64,000 nucleotides of DNA from a phage, in sequence record PZ386947.1. One strand, given 5' to 3'. Shown here in pieces: positions 60,557 through 64,000 of this stretch. The translations under genes were made by a program, and so were the position numbers. Numbering within the stretch: position 1 is the first letter of the stretch; the number at the start of each line of letters is the position of its first letter. A model generated the notes under the pieces. The model made no database searches and was not told the origin of the DNA. It saw nothing but the letters and a program-made list of their open reading frames with translations.

Positions 60557-61712
60557 TTAACTGCTCGAGGTCAGTTTCTAAATCAGCAGCTGATTTACTT
60601 TTACTTTCTGGAGATTTAAATTTTTCAACCTTTGAGTTAATCAATTCATCAACTTCAGCTTCAACAATTTCATTACTATCAATAGCACCTAACTGATAAG
60701 CACGTTTAATAGCATCTCGGAATGGTTGATGCTTAAATAAAGGACCCCAGAATGTAGTGCAGTTGGTATCTTTTGCACGCCAAGATTTTTCTTCGCGAAT
60801 CATCTCGCCGGTTTCTTCATCAAGAAATTCACGAGCATACCAGCCATTTTTAGGTTTTACCACGAATCCTAATTCTAGAGCCATATCTAACAATCCAGAA
60901 TAAGGATCGATACCACCGTCAAATTTAACATCAATAAAGAATTTACTTTTTTCTTTAACGGTACGAGATTTTTCTACATTTAGAACAAATTGATACCCCT
61001 GAAGATCAGAACCATCTTTAATCTGACGCTTACCGATAATGAATACAGTATCAGCCGAATACATTACGCCTGTACCACCTGTCATCACGGTTTTACTAAA
61101 CATTTCAATTGTTTCAATTGTATGGTTAACCGCAACACATGGAATATTTTTAATGCTAAAGTAAGGAGTAACAATACGGAATAATGACTTCAGTGATTTA
61201 GCACGAGTCATATCTGCCACAGATTTTTCATTCAAGGCATCTTCAGTTTCTTTCTTAGAAGCCATATTACCGATTGAGTCGATGAATACAATAACTTTTT
61301 CACCGCGCTCAATAGCTTCAAGCTGATTCACCATATCAATTTTCAGCTGTTCAACTGACTGGATTGGCGTATGAATTACTCGTTCCGGGTCAACTCCCAT
61401 GGATCGCAAATAAGCTGGAGTAATACCAAATTCGCTATCATAGAATAGACAAACCGCGTCAGGATATTTGTTCAAATATGCCGCAACCATAGTCAAAGAC
61501 ATATTTGATTTAAAGTGTTTAGAAGGCCCTGCGAAAATAGTTAAACCAGACTGCATACCGCCATCAATCGCACCAGAAATAGCAATATTAAGCATTGGAA
61601 TTTTTGTACGAATTACATCCTTTTCATTAAAGAATTTAGATGTAGTCAGTTCAGCAGTCATTTTAGAAGTGGAAGCTTTAATCAAACGGGATTTTAAATC
61701 TGCAATAGGCAT
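60531..61712 (-). CDS. uvsX: UvsX recombinase (RecA-like)
   Basis: 393 aa; near-identical over long stretches to T4 UvsX as I recall it (e.g. DLKSRLIKASTSK, Walker A GPSKHFKS). Confidence 0.9.
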   Translation of the reverse strand: MPIADLKSRLIKASTSKMTAELTTSKFFNEKDVIRTKIPMLNIAISGAIDGGMQSGLTIFAGPSKHFKSNMSLTMVAAYLNKYPDAVCLFYDSEFGITPAYLRSMGVDPERVIHTPIQSVEQLKIDMVNQLEAIERGEKVIVFIDSIGNMASKKETEDALNEKSVADMTRAKSLKSLFRIVTPYFSIKNIPCVAVNHTIETIEMFSKTVMTGGTGVMYSADTVFIIGKRQIKDGSDLQGYQFVLNVEKSRTVKEKSKFFIDVKFDGGIDPYSGLLDMALELGFVVKPKNGWYAREFLDEETGEMIREEKSWRAKDTNCTTFWGPLFKHQPFRDAIKRAYQLGAIDSNEIVEAEVDELINSKVEKFKSPESKSKSAADLETDLEQLSDMEEFNE

Positions 61713-61789
61713 TCATTTTTTCCATAGGCATCATTATATTTTCCTCACTGGTTAAAGATAGAGTAATTATAACACAATAAATTTAGGCA

Positions 61790-62638
61790 TTAATCAACTG
61801 CTATTGGATGAATAGCATTAAACTTATGAAATGCTTCTGATTTTTCTTTACGAGAAACACACATGCGAAGAACCTTTAATGGCTCGTCTTCTTCACCCAA
61901 CGATTTTCGTTTTTCAATATTAGAAGTTTTCCAACGAGCTTGCTCTGGAAACTCTCTATTGATTTGCTCAAGCGCTCTATTATGTTTAGAATTACTACGA
62001 ATTGAACTGCACCCGCCAGGAGCTTGTGCTTTTCCAGATACAACCAGATATTTGAACAAGGCCAAATGCGGATAACCTTGATTAATTAAATTGAGAAATG
62101 CATACATATCTTCGCACAAATCAATTTTTCCATACCCAATTTGTTCTGTCGTAAGTTTTCCGAGGTCATACCATGTATTCGTGAATCCATATGAATTTTC
62201 ACGATAATTACCCCAAGATGAAGTAATTTTAAAAATAGGTAGACGAGCATGGCCATGATAATACCCACAATCCATGGCATCCTCAACATATTGAATCAAT
62301 TCATAGAACTGTTCACGAGTCAATTGATTGACTTTATCCACACAACGACGATCATCTCTTTTTCGCATTGAACTCATACGAATAGTAGTATCATCGTCAA
62401 TCATCCAGATTCGTTGACCTGCATACATATCAGTAATTGCTTTACGAGTACCAGCAATTCCATTTACATCATCAGGAATAGTTATAATTTTAGCTCTAGA
62501 CCCATAGGCATCATAATAAGCTTTTTCTTCATGTTCACGCACTACAATATGGGGTTCATAATCAGTCGGAAACATATCAAGGGCAGAAACTGCCCCGACA
62601 CGCTGATAACTTGGAATTACGAATTGAATCATTTCCAC
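61790..62638 (-). CDS. GT-A fold glycosyltransferase at the beta-gt locus (HMC-DNA glycosylation)
   Basis: 282 aa; N-terminal VIPSYQR and DxD-like IWMIDDDTTI motif typical of GT-A enzymes; sits between uvsX and gene 42 where T4 has beta-gt, but length and fold differ. Confidence 0.5.
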   Translation of the reverse strand: MEMIQFVIPSYQRVGAVSALDMFPTDYEPHIVVREHEEKAYYDAYGSRAKIITIPDDVNGIAGTRKAITDMYAGQRIWMIDDDTTIRMSSMRKRDDRRCVDKVNQLTREQFYELIQYVEDAMDCGYYHGHARLPIFKITSSWGNYRENSYGFTNTWYDLGKLTTEQIGYGKIDLCEDMYAFLNLINQGYPHLALFKYLVVSGKAQAPGGCSSIRSNSKHNRALEQINREFPEQARWKTSNIEKRKSLGEEDEPLKVLRMCVSRKEKSEAFHKFNAIHPIAVD

Positions 62639-63369
62639 TCACCTTTATAGTCTTTTTTCACAATATGAGTTTCGCCAGTATTCCACCAATGATCAACCAA
62701 GTAAAAATGACGAGAATATACATGAAGACTTCCGACATTCCATATAATAGAACCTGCTTTATACTGACGAGTTGAATCGCCGGCATTCAAATCAGATACT
62801 AATTTATCTAATACGTATTTTTGCCATGCATAATCATTACGGAATCCGAAGACCACGTCATTTGAGCGCATGCTTACTACTGCATTGACTTTCTTATCAC
62901 GAATCAGGTACTGTACTGTATTAGTACACATGAAATCTGACATACCATCTTTATTGTAGTCAAATTGCATGGATGGACGAGTATAAATCATGATACCACG
63001 TCGAGAATCAGGATTTTGACCAAGTTCAGCTAAACACATATCATACTGGGCATAGTTATCTTCTGACCAAATAGCCCAACCATAATTCGAGTTAATTTCG
63101 CCTTTAGAAGATGCTACCTGCTGCCAAATCTTTGGTGTTTCACCTGGAATATCTTTAACAAACAAGCTCTTAGATTTATACCATTCAAGTTCACGCTGAA
63201 TGTATTCATCATTAAGAGCGCCAAAAATAAACGGTTCATCTGCTACAAATGATGCGCCAATAATTTCAATAGTTTTAACACCGGTTTTATCAACTACGAA
63301 ATCTTTTTCTTTTAATGCAAGCCCCAAATGAAGACGGATTTCTTCAACTGTCATAGAGTCACTAATCAT
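62629..63369 (-). CDS. 42: dCMP hydroxymethylase
   Basis: 246 aa as in T4 gp42; thymidylate-synthase-like fold. Confidence 0.85.
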   Translation of the reverse strand: MISDSMTVEEIRLHLGLALKEKDFVVDKTGVKTIEIIGASFVADEPFIFGALNDEYIQRELEWYKSKSLFVKDIPGETPKIWQQVASSKGEINSNYGWAIWSEDNYAQYDMCLAELGQNPDSRRGIMIYTRPSMQFDYNKDGMSDFMCTNTVQYLIRDKKVNAVVSMRSNDVVFGFRNDYAWQKYVLDKLVSDLNAGDSTRQYKAGSIIWNVGSLHVYSRHFYLVDHWWNTGETHIVKKDYKGEWK

Positions 63370-63376
63370 TTAAACC

Positions 63377-63526
63377 TCAATTGATACATTCATATTTAAC
63401 TTGTAACAGTAATAAACCCCAACCTAAAATAATAGTTGGAATCATAAGAGGAACCGTTACACTATAGTATATACTTATTATAATCATCAAGATTAAAAGC
63501 AACACTGCTATAATTTTGCTTTTCAT
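63377..63526 (-). CDS. small membrane peptide
   Basis: Hand-translated 49 aa MKSKIIAVLLLILMIIISIYYSVTVPLMIPTIILGWGLLLLQVKYECIN; ATG overlaps imm stop (ATGA). Confidence 0.35.
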   Translation of the reverse strand: MKSKIIAVLLLILMIIISIYYSVTVPLMIPTIILGWGLLLLQVKYECIN

Positions 63527-63774
63527 TCCTTCTCTCTGATGATAATTACCTGATTTGGTTGTGCAGACTTTTTAGTTTCACCCGCAATTGACCAAATAAA
63601 TGTAATAAACCAACCAATAATTGACCAGTTAAACAGTAAAGATGTGAAAAAGATTCCTACTGTCGATTTTGACCCACGCATCAAGGCGATAAACCATGGA
63701 AGCATGTATATAATAATAGCCAACACACCTGAAACTAAAACCATAAAAATTGAACCTGCTACTAAAGTTTCCAT
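63523..63774 (-). CDS. imm: Imm superinfection immunity membrane protein
   Basis: 83 aa as in T4 Imm; two TM helices. Confidence 0.85.
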   Translation of the reverse strand: METLVAGSIFMVLVSGVLAIIIYMLPWFIALMRGSKSTVGIFFTSLLFNWSIIGWFITFIWSIAGETKKSAQPNQVIIIREKE

Positions 63775-63781
63775 GTTTTCA

Positions 63782-63997
63782 TCACTTAGTCAAATTTTTT
63801 ACACATGAATTATAAGAATTCACTACATACTCCATCGGAGCATTTTTACCAGTACGCCATTGGTAATTATTAGCCCAATTAGCCCAAATTTCGGCGCAGT
63901 AGTTTTCAATTTTTTCTTCGCGTGTAATTACATCAGAATTACGATATGCTTGAGCAGATTCATCTGGACGAATAGCTTCGTCAAAATTCGCCTGCAT
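63782..63997 (-). CDS. hypothetical protein (imm.1-like)
   Basis: 71 aa ORF upstream of imm; start lies 3 nt from the window edge. Confidence 0.35.
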   Translation of the reverse strand: MQANFDEAIRPDESAQAYRNSDVITREEKIENYCAEIWANWANNYQWRTGKNAPMEYVVNSYNSCVKNLTK

Positions 63998-64000
63998 TTG

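Overview
This window is a contiguous block of a T4-like (T-even, Tevenvirinae) myophage genome, AT-rich and densely packed, with no rRNA, tRNA, CRISPR array, transposon, group I intron or free-standing homing endonuclease that I could detect. Gene calls rest on protein sequences and lengths I recognise from phage T4, plus conserved synteny; nothing was searched against a database. Left to right: minus-strand early/middle genes 1-20.9 kb (NADAR-like protein, rIII, 31, cd, pseT, spanin pair, alc, rnlA, denA, nrdB, nrdA, td, frd, 32, 59, 33, dsbA, rnh); a plus-strand late tail-fiber and lysis block 21.0-31.2 kb (34, 35, 36, 37, a T2-type glycine-rich gp38 adhesin, holin t); then minus-strand early genes again 31.2-64 kb (asiA, arn, motA, 52, ac, stp, ndd, denB, rIIB, rIIA, unsplit 39, motB, dexA, dda, srd, modA, modB, soc, 56, 61, sp, dmd, 41, 40, uvsX, a glycosyltransferase, 42, imm). 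Sigma70-like early promoters (GTTTAC, about 17-18 nt, TATAAT-like), TATAAATA late promoters and GC-stem hairpin terminators recur between genes. The ORF track's leading M is sometimes an alternative start codon (for example TTG at 58562); where an internal ATG with a Shine-Dalgarno matched the T4 protein length I trimmed the start. The most interesting material is accessory rather than one clear new system: a NADAR protein alongside modA/modB, a counter-defence cluster between genes 61 and 41, a plus-strand orphan membrane ORF between 56 and 61, a GT-A fold glycosyltransferase at the beta-gt locus, an apparently antisense middle promoter facing modA, and several small membrane peptides.
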